Positions 45,525 through 53,826 of a stretch of 64,000 nucleotides of DNA are shown here, in pieces. Origin of the DNA: Patescibacteria group bacterium (lineage in GTDB: Bacteria; Patescibacteriota; Saccharimonadia; Saccharimonadales; JAUPVS01); assembly GCA_030916945.1 (NCBI GenBank), contig JAUPVS010000001.1, positions 2,138 to 66,137 of the forward strand, written 5' to 3'. Under the pieces are notes generated by a model. It was not told the DNA's origin and did not search any database. It saw only the letters and a program-made list of their open reading frames with translations. A program made the translations under genes and the position numbers. Numbering within the stretch: position 1 is the first letter of the stretch; each line of letters opens with the position of its first letter.

Positions 45525-46196
45525 ATGAGCGGTATGAAACAACTCAATCAACGTGGTCATATGGACCCACTTTTGATTCCTCTTATTATTGCTGTGGTTT
45601 TCTTTGTAGCGGCCGGAAGTTTTGGCATCTGGGCCTTTATTAGTCGCCAGGATTACAAGAATAACAGTGACCAAAAAGCCGCCGCCGCGGTGGTAGTGGC
45701 CGAAGAAAAGACATCTAGCAAAAAAGATAATGAGTTTTTAGAAAAAGAGAAGCAACCCTACAAGCTGTATGAAGGGCCGAGTGCCTACGGTAGCTTAGTT
45801 GTCAGCTATCCAAAAACCTGGAGCGCTTATATTAGCGAAAAGACGACTGGTTCGACACCGCTTGATGCTTTCTTCCACCCGGGTTTTGTGCCAGCGGTTG
45901 ATGGCAACCCGGCTTACGCCTTACGCATCCAGGTGGTTGATCAGTCTTACGCCACGGTTCTGAAGTCGTTTGATTCATTTGTAAAATCGGGCAAAGTCAC
46001 GGCCGCCGCTTATGTGCCGCCCCAGGCTCCAACTATAACTGGAGTGCGCTTAGAAGGCGACATCGTGCCAAACAAGAAGGGTGCCATGATTTTACTGCCG
46101 ATCCGCGACAAAACGCTTAAGATTTGGGTAGAATCGCCCGACTTTGTAAAAGACCTCGATACTCATATTTTGCCCAATTATAAGTTCAGCCAGTAA
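45525..46196 (+). CDS. Hypothetical membrane-anchored extracytoplasmic protein
   Basis: One N-terminal TM (LLIPLIIAVVFFVAAGSFGIWAFI), then a soluble domain of about 170 aa. Alternative starts at 45534 and 45561. Confidence 0.6.
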   Translation: MSGMKQLNQRGHMDPLLIPLIIAVVFFVAAGSFGIWAFISRQDYKNNSDQKAAAAVVVAEEKTSSKKDNEFLEKEKQPYKLYEGPSAYGSLVVSYPKTWSAYISEKTTGSTPLDAFFHPGFVPAVDGNPAYALRIQVVDQSYATVLKSFDSFVKSGKVTAAAYVPPQAPTITGVRLEGDIVPNKKGAMILLPIRDKTLKIWVESPDFVKDLDTHILPNYKFSQ

Positions 46197-46240
46197 AAGT
46201 TTTTGCTATACTACCTGCAAGTAAGGCGGGTAAGAGGGGT

Positions 46241-46627
46241 ATGGCCAATATATTATTGTTAGAACCGGATGCAGGGCTGGCAGACAGCTACGCGCAGGCC
46301 TTTGCGGAGGCTGATCATCAGGTATTTTGGCGGACCGACGCCCAGGCGGCATTGGCGGTAATCGACGACCACGCCCCAGCCTTAGTAGTGCTAGAATTTC
46401 ACTTGCCCAAACACAACGGCGTAGAGTTTTTGTACGAAATTAGATCGTACCCGGACTGCGATGACATACCAGTGCTGCTGCACACCAACGTGCCCCAAGA
46501 CCACCCCGGCATTGGCCGTGACTACTGGCCGCAGCTGGGCATCCATGACTACTTATACAAGCCCGAAACCAGCTTGGATGAGCTGGTTAAGCGGGCGCTT
46601 GGCCTGATGACTCCGGCTGGCGTATGA
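46241..46627 (+). CDS. Atypical stand-alone receiver-like protein (Glu at phospho-acceptor position)
   Basis: Receiver fold pattern ILLLEPD ... LVVLEFHLPKHNG ... VLLHT ... YLYKP. The Asp normally found in the LLD.MP motif is Glu. Confidence 0.65.
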   Translation: MANILLLEPDAGLADSYAQAFAEADHQVFWRTDAQAALAVIDDHAPALVVLEFHLPKHNGVEFLYEIRSYPDCDDIPVLLHTNVPQDHPGIGRDYWPQLGIHDYLYKPETSLDELVKRALGLMTPAGV

Positions 46628-47325
46628 ACCCCAGCCGTAACCAGATTGTGACCCAGGGGATTGTGTTGGCCCGGACCAATTTTGGCGAAGCAGACCGCAT
46701 TATTACCATGCTAACGCCCGATCACGGTAAGGTTCGATTAATTGCCAAGGGCGTGCGCAAGATAAAAAGCAAACTGGCCGGTGGCATTGAACTGTTTAGC
46801 GTTAGCCAGATTACCTACTTGCCGGGCAAGAGCGAAATCCACACCCTTATTTCGTCGCGCCTGCAAAAACACTACGGCAACATTGTGCACGACATCGGTC
46901 GCACTATGCTGGGCTACGAGTTGCTGAAGCGCATCAACCGGGCCACCGAAGACGCCACCGAGAACGAGTATTTTGAACTGTTAGAAAGAACCTTGCAGGC
47001 GTTAGATGGGGGATTGTCGGAAGGCCTGCTAGAGCTGTGGTTCGACGCCCAGTTGCTACAAATCGCTGGTTTGCAGCCCAATCTAGCCAGCGATGCCGCC
47101 GGTGTTAAGCTAACGGCCGACCAGCGCTACAGTTTTGATTTTGACGGCATGTGCTTTGCGCCGGCCGACCAAGGCTTGCTGGGCGCTGACCACATTAAGC
47201 TGTTGCGCCTGGTGTTTGGTTTGCGTGACCCAGCCCGCCTGAGCGTCTTGGCAGATGCCGAAAAGGTGGTGGGGCCGTGCCGGCAATTGGTTCAAAGCAT
47301 CCGCCAACAGCATATCCGTGTCTAG
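46624..47325 (+). CDS. recO: DNA repair protein RecO
   Basis: OB-fold N-terminus (GIVLARTNFGEADRIITMLTPDHGKVRLIAKGVRK); ATGA overlap with the receiver-like gene. Confidence 0.85.
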   Translation: MNPSRNQIVTQGIVLARTNFGEADRIITMLTPDHGKVRLIAKGVRKIKSKLAGGIELFSVSQITYLPGKSEIHTLISSRLQKHYGNIVHDIGRTMLGYELLKRINRATEDATENEYFELLERTLQALDGGLSEGLLELWFDAQLLQIAGLQPNLASDAAGVKLTADQRYSFDFDGMCFAPADQGLLGADHIKLLRLVFGLRDPARLSVLADAEKVVGPCRQLVQSIRQQHIRV

Positions 47326-47370
47326 CCAACCCTAGTATTTAGAGTAAAAAAGTTGTACAATATGCGGATT

Positions 47371-47877
47371 ATGGGTTTGCATAGTGTTAAACAGGATGTT
47401 GGAGCTCGTTTACGCGAGATTAATTTGATGCGCATTGATAAGGCGTTAGATGCTCTAGAGCCAGACAGCCGTCAATTTGACGATGTAGTTCGCTTGCCAC
47501 TTTTACAGAACTGTTTGTGTGTGGGATTTATTTCTGTCGAGAACCCGGACCGGAAGTTTACACTCCGAGGCATGGCTCGTCTAACAGTACAGAAGGCTAC
47601 AGATGGCGCTACGGTTGTGGTCGACTCAATCCATGATCAGACAGGACAACCGATAAAGCCACCGACGATTGCTTTTCGTGATGCTAATCTTGGCATCGAA
47701 GACCACCCGGCAGTGCAGGGCTATGACGGTTTTAAGGTAACCATATCGCCAGAAGAAGAGCGACTATGGGGAATGGTTGGTAATTTCTGCATCCCAGTAG
47801 TACCGCCTAACGCTATCGAAGTTGAAGCATTCCTGAGCCCCTGTATAGGCGCTCTAGAACACCGCAGCCGTACGTAA
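47371..47877 (+). CDS. Hypothetical protein
   Basis: ORF track starts at TTG 47353. ATG 47371 lies 9 nt after TACAAT (47356-47361). Atypical codons (3 ATA, 4 GGA). No motif recognised. Confidence 0.55.
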   Translation: MGLHSVKQDVGARLREINLMRIDKALDALEPDSRQFDDVVRLPLLQNCLCVGFISVENPDRKFTLRGMARLTVQKATDGATVVVDSIHDQTGQPIKPPTIAFRDANLGIEDHPAVQGYDGFKVTISPEEERLWGMVGNFCIPVVPPNAIEVEAFLSPCIGALEHRSRT

Positions 47878-47896
47878 TCTGTTATAATACGGCGCA

Positions 47897-49204
47897 ATGA
47901 GTGATAAAAAAGTTAGTCTTGATGACATTGTCAGTTTATGTAAACGCCGTGGCTTTATCTACCAGGGTTCCGAAGTCTATGGTGGCCTAGCCGGAACCTG
48001 GGATTATGGTCCACTAGGACTAACACTTAAGCGCAACATCATGAACCTATGGTGGAAGACCTTTGTTGATGATAGAGAAGACATGTACGGCGTTGACGCC
48101 GCCATTCTTATGAACCAAAAAGTCTGGCAGGCCAGCGGTCACGTCGACACCTTTACCGATCCGTTAGTGGAGTGCAGCGAGTGTAAGTCACGCTTCCGCG
48201 AAGACCAGATCGATACCGCCAAGTGCCCAACTTGCGGCACGGCCGATTCTTTTGCCGAAGCCCGACAGTTCAATATGATGTTCAAAACTAACGTCGGTCC
48301 AGTTGATGACGAAAGTTCGGTCAGTTATCTTCGCCCCGAAACCGCCCAGGGTATCTTTACCAACTTCAAGAATGTGGTGGACAGCTTCTACCCAGATTTG
48401 CCGTTTGGTATTGCCCAGCAGGGTAAGGCATTTCGTAACGAAATCAGCCCGCGCGACTTTGTGTTTCGTTCACGCGAGTTCGAACAGATGGAAATTGAGT
48501 ATTTCATCGATCCCAAAGATTGGGAAAAGATTTTTGAGACCTGGGTTAACGACATCGAAGCTTTCTTGGAACAGCTTGGTTTGCCTAAAACTAGTGTTCA
48601 CAAACTAGAAGTGCCTAACGAAGACCGCGCCCACTACAGCAAACGAACCATCGACTTTGAGTTCGACTTTCCGATTGGCCGCAAAGAACTTTTAGGCTTG
48701 GCCTACCGCACCGATTTTGACCTCATGAACATCCAAAATAACAGTGGTAAAAGCATGGATTATCGGCCGAAAGATGGCAGCCCAGCTTTGGTGCCACACG
48801 TCATTGAGCCTAGTTTTGGTGTCGAGCGCACGCTGATGGCCGTTCTTACCAGTGCTTACACCCAAGACGAAGTGAACGGTGAGGAGCGTAGCTATCTCAA
48901 ATTACCGGTTCATTTGGCTCCAGTCCGTGTGGCCGTCTCGCCACTGTTAAAGAACAAACCAGAACTGGTCGCCAAGGCGCGCGAAGTCTACGCCATGCTT
49001 AAAAAAGAATATGGCAATGTTATGTGGGACGATAATGGCAACATTGGTAAGCGCTATCGACGCCAAGACGAAATTGGGACGCCGTACTGTGTGGTGGTAG
49101 ATTTTGATTCTTTAGAAGATGATTCGGTGACGGTACGCCACCGCGATACCACCAAGCAGGAACGGGTCAAGCTGGCGGAGCTGGTTGCTCGCGTAAAGGA
49201 GTAG
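47897..49204 (+). CDS. glyQS: Glycyl-tRNA synthetase, dimeric (alpha2) type
   Basis: Class II motifs (YLRPETAQGIF, FRNEISPR, GVERT), C-terminal anticodon-binding domain; TGtTATAAT 8 nt upstream of the ATG. Confidence 0.95.
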   Translation: MSDKKVSLDDIVSLCKRRGFIYQGSEVYGGLAGTWDYGPLGLTLKRNIMNLWWKTFVDDREDMYGVDAAILMNQKVWQASGHVDTFTDPLVECSECKSRFREDQIDTAKCPTCGTADSFAEARQFNMMFKTNVGPVDDESSVSYLRPETAQGIFTNFKNVVDSFYPDLPFGIAQQGKAFRNEISPRDFVFRSREFEQMEIEYFIDPKDWEKIFETWVNDIEAFLEQLGLPKTSVHKLEVPNEDRAHYSKRTIDFEFDFPIGRKELLGLAYRTDFDLMNIQNNSGKSMDYRPKDGSPALVPHVIEPSFGVERTLMAVLTSAYTQDEVNGEERSYLKLPVHLAPVRVAVSPLLKNKPELVAKAREVYAMLKKEYGNVMWDDNGNIGKRYRRQDEIGTPYCVVVDFDSLEDDSVTVRHRDTTKQERVKLAELVARVKE

Positions 49205-49206
49205 AT

Positions 49207-49905
49207 ATGCCCGACCCTTTAAAAGGATTTACACCGCAAGCCATCGCCTGGGACTTGGATGGTACGATTCTGGACAGCTTTAACATCTACATGGCGGTAA
49301 ATCGTGATGTCGCCCAGACCTTGGGGTTGGACGAACCGAGCGAGGAACTGGCTCGAAAGAACTATCATGGACTGCTCGGCGACTCAATCAAAGCCGCCTA
49401 CGGCGATGCCTTTGGTGACACTGATATTGACGAATACATCAGGCACTTTCTAGAAAAGCAAAGCGATCACTTTATTGAGGCCGAACAACATTTGCTAAAA
49501 GACGCCGTCCGGCTGTCGGCTCAAGCCGCCGCAAAAGGCATCCCGCAGGTGATTGTAACCAATCGCGATCACGAAGGGCGTGGTCATGGCAGCCCGCGCA
49601 GCATTGTCAGTAACACTAGCTTGGTTGATCATATCGACGAAATCATTTGCGGTGACGAAGGCAAGGGTTTTCGTAAGCCCGATCCGGCCGTTCTGGGCGA
49701 CCTGCTGGAACGCTGGCAGGTGGATCCAACCAAGCTGCTGGTAATTGGCGACCAACACGTTGATGCCCAATTTGCCCTTAACCTGAACGCCAAAGCAGTA
49801 ATTGTCTGTCGCGATGGTCCCGAATTCATGCATTCACATCTGCTCGACGACGGCTGGCAAGACCACGTTGCCGTGGTCGCCAGCTTGGATGAGGTGAAAC
49901 TCTAG
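49207..49905 (+). CDS. HAD-superfamily hydrolase
   Basis: WDLDGTILDS motif I, VTNR motif II, KPDP, GDQHVD motif IV. Confidence 0.75.
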   Translation: MPDPLKGFTPQAIAWDLDGTILDSFNIYMAVNRDVAQTLGLDEPSEELARKNYHGLLGDSIKAAYGDAFGDTDIDEYIRHFLEKQSDHFIEAEQHLLKDAVRLSAQAAAKGIPQVIVTNRDHEGRGHGSPRSIVSNTSLVDHIDEIICGDEGKGFRKPDPAVLGDLLERWQVDPTKLLVIGDQHVDAQFALNLNAKAVIVCRDGPEFMHSHLLDDGWQDHVAVVASLDEVKL

Positions 49906-49909
49906 GCTA

Positions 49910-50416
49910 ATGAAGCGCGTTGCCATAATTGGCTCACCGGGTGTGGGTAAGACTACCTTTAGCCGCCGACTACAGGAAAAAACCGGTTTACCGCTGATTC
50001 ATCTTGATTACTACTACCATCAAACCAAGCATGGCTACTACGATGACCGAGATAAATGGATTAAAAAGGTCGAACAGCTTATTAAGCCCGATCGCTGGAT
50101 AGTTGAGGGGAACTACAACTCATCCATGCCGCAACGCTGCGCCCGCGCCGACACCATCTTCTTTTTTGATCTACCACGTCGGGTTGCGCTGCGCGGGGTT
50201 ATTAAACGACGCATCCAGTACCGCAACAAGTTACGCGAAGAGATGCCCAGCGAGTGGAAAGAGAAGGCCAACTGGGGTTTTCTGAAATATGTCTGGAATT
50301 TTCGTCGCGATGTCCGCCCCAACACAGTCGAAATAATCTCAAAACTTGGCCCCAAAACAACCTTGATTACTTTCAAATCCAGAAAACAGATCAGGGATTA
50401 TCTAGCCAAACTCTAA
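49910..50416 (+). CDS. P-loop NTPase, adenylate-kinase-like (topology-modulation-protein-like)
   Basis: Walker A IIGSPGVGKTT at the N-terminus; 168 aa. Confidence 0.6.
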   Translation: MKRVAIIGSPGVGKTTFSRRLQEKTGLPLIHLDYYYHQTKHGYYDDRDKWIKKVEQLIKPDRWIVEGNYNSSMPQRCARADTIFFFDLPRRVALRGVIKRRIQYRNKLREEMPSEWKEKANWGFLKYVWNFRRDVRPNTVEIISKLGPKTTLITFKSRKQIRDYLAKL

Positions 50417-50457
50417 AACCCTTGTGCTTGCAAAAACGCCGCGGCTTTGACAGGCTA
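50416..50457 (+). repeat. 42-nt conserved intergenic motif, copy 1
   Basis: aaaacccttgtgcttgcaaaaacgccgcggctttgacaggct; 38/42 identical to copy 2. Forms a 9-bp imperfect hairpin, 50426-50434 / 50446-50455. Confidence 0.8.
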
Positions 50458-50491
50458 GGGTAATAAGCGCAGGTGGATAAGGGAGTACGTC

Positions 50492-51184
50492 GTGGATGTT
50501 CCAGACCCAAGGCCAGACCAAGACCCATTCGAGGCTATAACTAAGGCTAGCCCCGAGGCTATTCGTTTGTGCGAGTATGTTTTTGCTTCGGCTGCCGATG
50601 ATTTAGCCGAACAGAACTTTAGGGAATCCAAGGACTTAAAGCGCGTCGTTGGCGAGAAGACCTTTCATTATGAAGACGACTCTTCGCTGACGATACTTTT
50701 TAGTGCCGCCAAGTTTAAAGAAGCAGACGAAGAGGAAGGTGACGCCTCTATGCGGTATATCAAATATACGGTGGAGATTACTCGTCAACGACCACGTGAA
50801 GACCAAGCCTACTGGCCTGAGTCGACAGGCAGGTGGAGCAGCGATGACGAAGACGAAGCTGACGATGATGACAGAGTTTTCGAAACCACCACGTCAGCCG
50901 AACATGGTGATGTCTGCCAAGAAGTCCACCGTTTTTATATAGACGATGAGGACTACATCCCGGTAAGCGAACTAATCTTTCAGTATATTGACGACAGAGG
51001 TGTGATTTTAGAAGAAATTGATGCCTTTGGTGCTTTTTCGGTCAGAGAACAGCAACTTAGCGCTAACGAAGCTGACGATGACTCCTTGCACGAGTTCGAA
51101 GAATGGCTGTCGAGGTCGTTTAGCCAAGAAGAACAGGTCAAGATATACTCTGTTCTGGAACGATTAAAAATAAATGTTGCGTAG
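50492..51184 (+). CDS. Hypothetical highly acidic protein (paralog 1)
   Basis: 230 aa with long Asp/Glu runs; GTG start; 7 AGR and 5 ATA codons. C-terminal helix FSQEEQVKIYSVLERLKI resembles that of the next gene. Confidence 0.6.
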   Translation: MDVPDPRPDQDPFEAITKASPEAIRLCEYVFASAADDLAEQNFRESKDLKRVVGEKTFHYEDDSSLTILFSAAKFKEADEEEGDASMRYIKYTVEITRQRPREDQAYWPESTGRWSSDDEDEADDDDRVFETTTSAEHGDVCQEVHRFYIDDEDYIPVSELIFQYIDDRGVILEEIDAFGAFSVREQQLSANEADDDSLHEFEEWLSRSFSQEEQVKIYSVLERLKINVA

Positions 51185-51197
51185 CTACCGAAACCAC

Positions 51198-51239
51198 AAA
51201 ACCCTTGTGCTTGCAAAAACGTCCGAGCTTTGACAGGCT
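51198..51239 (+). repeat. 42-nt conserved intergenic motif, copy 2
   Basis: aaaacccttgtgcttgcaaaaacgtccgagctttgacaggct. All 4 differences from copy 1 fall in the predicted hairpin loop. Confidence 0.8.
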
Positions 51240-51245
51240 TACTTT

Positions 51246-51956
51246 ATGGCTATTCCAGACGAACACTTTTTACCCGGTCCCGGTGTAGACCCTGATACAG
51301 AGGTGTACCCAAGTGTTGTAAAGGGCTTTATGAGGCATACGATTTGGCCAGCCGTCAACACTTTATGGGGTGGCGATTTCCTGACGGATTCACTGCCGGA
51401 TGAGTATTTGTCAATTGAGCGCACGGTAGTGGACCGAGTCAGTCGTGAGCCCAGCGCCATTTATCGACTGTTGGCAAATTGTGGCCTGGATGCTGACCTA
51501 GAAAGTGATGAAGAGATAGTAGTTCGCTCAGCTCAAATATTTGTGGTTGAGCACGTACCCGACGCCACAGCCGGACTATTGGTAGATATTAACCGACAAT
51601 ACAAAGCTCTGGATAGGAAATCTGGCTTTCCGCTTGAACCGGTCGATGGCCTGTCGGCTTGGCTAAATAAAGAGTACACCTTTAGCGACGCCAAAGACCA
51701 GCCATTTCATGTCATGCCGTTTCTGGAGCTCCGCGCCAGTGATGATTTAGAGACACTCTGGGACCAAGAAACCCAAGATGAATTGCGGATTGACAGCCTT
51801 GAAGCCAAGGCCAAGTCGGCGGACCAAGAAGACCCCGAGCGACAGGATGAAGAGTACCTGTTGTTTATGCAATTCGAAGACGAGCTGCCACCAATCTTTA
51901 CAACCAAAGATTTGCGAGCGGTGTGCACGGCACTCGAAACTCTAAAACTATTGTAG
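51246..51956 (+). CDS. Hypothetical highly acidic protein (paralog 2)
   Basis: 236 aa, Asp/Glu rich; C-terminal FTTKDLRAVCTALETLKL aligns without gaps to the paralog 1 tail. Confidence 0.6.
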   Translation: MAIPDEHFLPGPGVDPDTEVYPSVVKGFMRHTIWPAVNTLWGGDFLTDSLPDEYLSIERTVVDRVSREPSAIYRLLANCGLDADLESDEEIVVRSAQIFVVEHVPDATAGLLVDINRQYKALDRKSGFPLEPVDGLSAWLNKEYTFSDAKDQPFHVMPFLELRASDDLETLWDQETQDELRIDSLEAKAKSADQEDPERQDEEYLLFMQFEDELPPIFTTKDLRAVCTALETLKLL

Positions 51957-51979
51957 TAGGTAGTATCATACATATCAGT

Positions 51980-52420
51980 ATGCCGACCATCTACGATGAA
52001 TTTACGCCTGATCTCACGCCCCAGCAGATGCTGGAGCTGGGTGTGTTTGGTGGCGCTTACTTTAATGAAGAAGAACGGGCCGAGTTTCCGCCAGAATGGT
52101 TTGCCAAAGCCCATCTGAGTACCGAAGGTCCGACCAAAGACTGTAACTACTTTGGGGTAATGGCCAGCCAGTCCCACCAAGAATGGGCCGAGAAGGGCTG
52201 GTTGAGCCAAGAAGATCCCTTGGGCTGGTTCCAGTGGTATTGTCGCTACACCATGGGTCGTCGACTGCCCCAAGAAGACGAACGCCAAATTAAACGCTGG
52301 AAGGCGATGCGTCGCCATGTTGGGCAAATTACAAAGGCATGTCACCCCGGTGATGCCACTTGTCACACCAAGCAACGGCAGGCCTTGCTGCACTGGGCTT
52401 ACGACAGCCGCCAGCTCTAG
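51980..52420 (+). CDS. Conserved-looking hypothetical protein
   Basis: 146 aa from ATG 51980; GVFGGAYF and GWFQWYCRYTMGRRLPQEDERQIKRW segments look like a conserved domain that I cannot name. The ORF track start 51923 overlaps the previous gene. Confidence 0.55.
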   Translation: MPTIYDEFTPDLTPQQMLELGVFGGAYFNEEERAEFPPEWFAKAHLSTEGPTKDCNYFGVMASQSHQEWAEKGWLSQEDPLGWFQWYCRYTMGRRLPQEDERQIKRWKAMRRHVGQITKACHPGDATCHTKQRQALLHWAYDSRQL

Positions 52421-53073
52421 CTACTAAGCGTGGCAACGGCGCGAGCCGCCACTAAGGCGATGGTTGCCAAAGACGCTAGGGCTTGAATGGTCATGAGTAG
52501 CTTGGCACGGTAGGTGATTGGGTAGGCATCGGTTGGGCTAAAAGCCGTGGCATTGGTAATCGACACATATAAGTAGTCAAAGAAGGTTGGATTCCAAGCG
52601 AATTGTTTAGTGACGGCTGGTGGCAGGGTTTGTTGCGGAAAAATGAAGTCGCGTTTTTCGTCGGGTTTACCGTCGGCAGTGTCTTCATCTATTTCCCAAT
52701 ACAGCAAGCCAAAAACAATAATGTTGGTGGCAAAGATAATTAATGCCGAGATGATCAGATCGTGTCCGCTAGTTGAGCCGTTAATTAGGGCATGACTGAC
52801 CAGTATTAACGATACGATGTTGGTAACGGTGATCATGGCTAGTAGCACCAACGACAAAAAGCGGCGGATAACCTGGCGGTTGTGATGTTTGTTGCTAACC
52901 CGGGCGGGTAGGCTGACAGCAATTAAAAGTAGCAACTCTAACCCAGCCAGAATATTGCGCGGCCCAACTACGTAGTCTTTGTTAAGGAATAGTTGCACGG
53001 CGATGGCAATACCAATGGCCAGCTGGACGTGCCAGATTGGTTCGGTTTTGCGGTGAATACGGGCCAGTTTCAT
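52417..53073 (-). CDS. DUF1345-like integral membrane protein
   Basis: About 6 TM; C-terminal FFDYLYVSITNATAFSPTD motif. Start set at ATG 53073, 7 nt after TATAAT; the 316-aa ORF extension overlaps the alkD-like gene. Confidence 0.6.
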   Translation of the reverse strand: MKLARIHRKTEPIWHVQLAIGIAIAVQLFLNKDYVVGPRNILAGLELLLLIAVSLPARVSNKHHNRQVIRRFLSLVLLAMITVTNIVSLILVSHALINGSTSGHDLIISALIIFATNIIVFGLLYWEIDEDTADGKPDEKRDFIFPQQTLPPAVTKQFAWNPTFFDYLYVSITNATAFSPTDAYPITYRAKLLMTIQALASLATIALVAARAVATLSS

Positions 53074-53080
53074 CATAAGC

Positions 53081-53095
53081 ATTATAGCGTACAAT
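53081..53095. promoter_or_regulatory. Back-to-back divergent -10 boxes
   Basis: Minus-strand TATAAT (53086-53081) and plus-strand TACAAT (53090-53095) are 3 bp apart. The start codons at 53073 (-) and 53102 (+) have only 28 bp between them. Confidence 0.55.
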
Positions 53096-53101
53096 AGCTG
53101 C

Positions 53102-53821
53102 ATGACAGCCACCCAGCTTATGACCGAACTGGACAAACGCGGTGATCCGCACGCCGCCCAGTTTGCCCAGCGCTTTTTTAAAACCGGTAAAGGGCAGTAC
53201 GGCGAAGACGACATCTTTATTGGCATCACCGTTCCCGTAACTCGCAAAGTTGCCGCCGACTTCAGGGATCTACCACTTAAAGAAATCGAGCAGGTATTGG
53301 AAAGTCCCATCCACGAACACCGCCTAGCGGCCGTTATTATCATGACCGAGCAAGCCAAGCGCACCAAGGATCCGGTTCTACAAAGAGACCTCTACGAACT
53401 GTACTTACGTCGCAGCGACCGCATCAACAACTGGGACCTGGTTGATGTTAGCTGCCGCCAAGTGGTCGGTGGCTACCTGATTGACAAGCCGCGCGACCCA
53501 CTCTATAAACTGGCTCGTTCCAAAAGTTTGTGGGAACGGCGTATTGCCATGGTCAGCACTTGGCAATTTATTCGAGCTGGCCAGCTGGCCGACACTTTTG
53601 CAATCGCCGAAATCCTGTTGGGCGACCAGCATGACCTGATGCACAAGGCAGTTGGTTGGATGCTACGCGAAGCTGGCAAAAAGAACCAAGACGCCTTGTG
53701 TGACTTCTTGGATCAGTACGCTGCCACCATGCCGCGGACCGCTCTGCGCTACGCTCTGGAACGCCTGGCGCCCGGCGAGCGCGACTATTATATGAAGCTC
53801 CGGCCGTCTGGTGTAAAGTAA
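53102..53821 (+). CDS. DNA alkylation repair protein (AlkD/AlkC-like HEAT-repeat glycosylase family)
   Basis: 239 aa; HEHRLAAVII, NNWDLVD, WERRIAMVSTW, HKAVGWMLRE segments typical of the family. Confidence 0.75.
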   Translation: MTATQLMTELDKRGDPHAAQFAQRFFKTGKGQYGEDDIFIGITVPVTRKVAADFRDLPLKEIEQVLESPIHEHRLAAVIIMTEQAKRTKDPVLQRDLYELYLRRSDRINNWDLVDVSCRQVVGGYLIDKPRDPLYKLARSKSLWERRIAMVSTWQFIRAGQLADTFAIAEILLGDQHDLMHKAVGWMLREAGKKNQDALCDFLDQYAATMPRTALRYALERLAPGERDYYMKLRPSGVK

Positions 53822-53826
53822 GAACC

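Noticed and set aside
50447-50452. TTGACA inside the 42-nt repeat as a -35 box for the acidic genes
   Set aside because: No acceptable -10 hexamer lies 16-19 nt downstream in either copy. In copy 2 the TTGACA ends only 10 nt before the ATG.
51707-52393. 228-aa ORF on the minus strand overlapping orf51246 and orf51980
   Set aside because: It is a Ser/Gly/Leu-rich low-information sequence that overlaps two plus-strand ORFs with better start contexts. I see no independent expression signals.
53074-53367. N-terminal 98 codons of the 316-aa minus-strand ORF 52417..53367
   Set aside because: The extension runs antisense through the well-supported alkD-like gene. A TATAAT box 7 nt upstream of ATG 53073 and the first TM segment both fit the shorter start.
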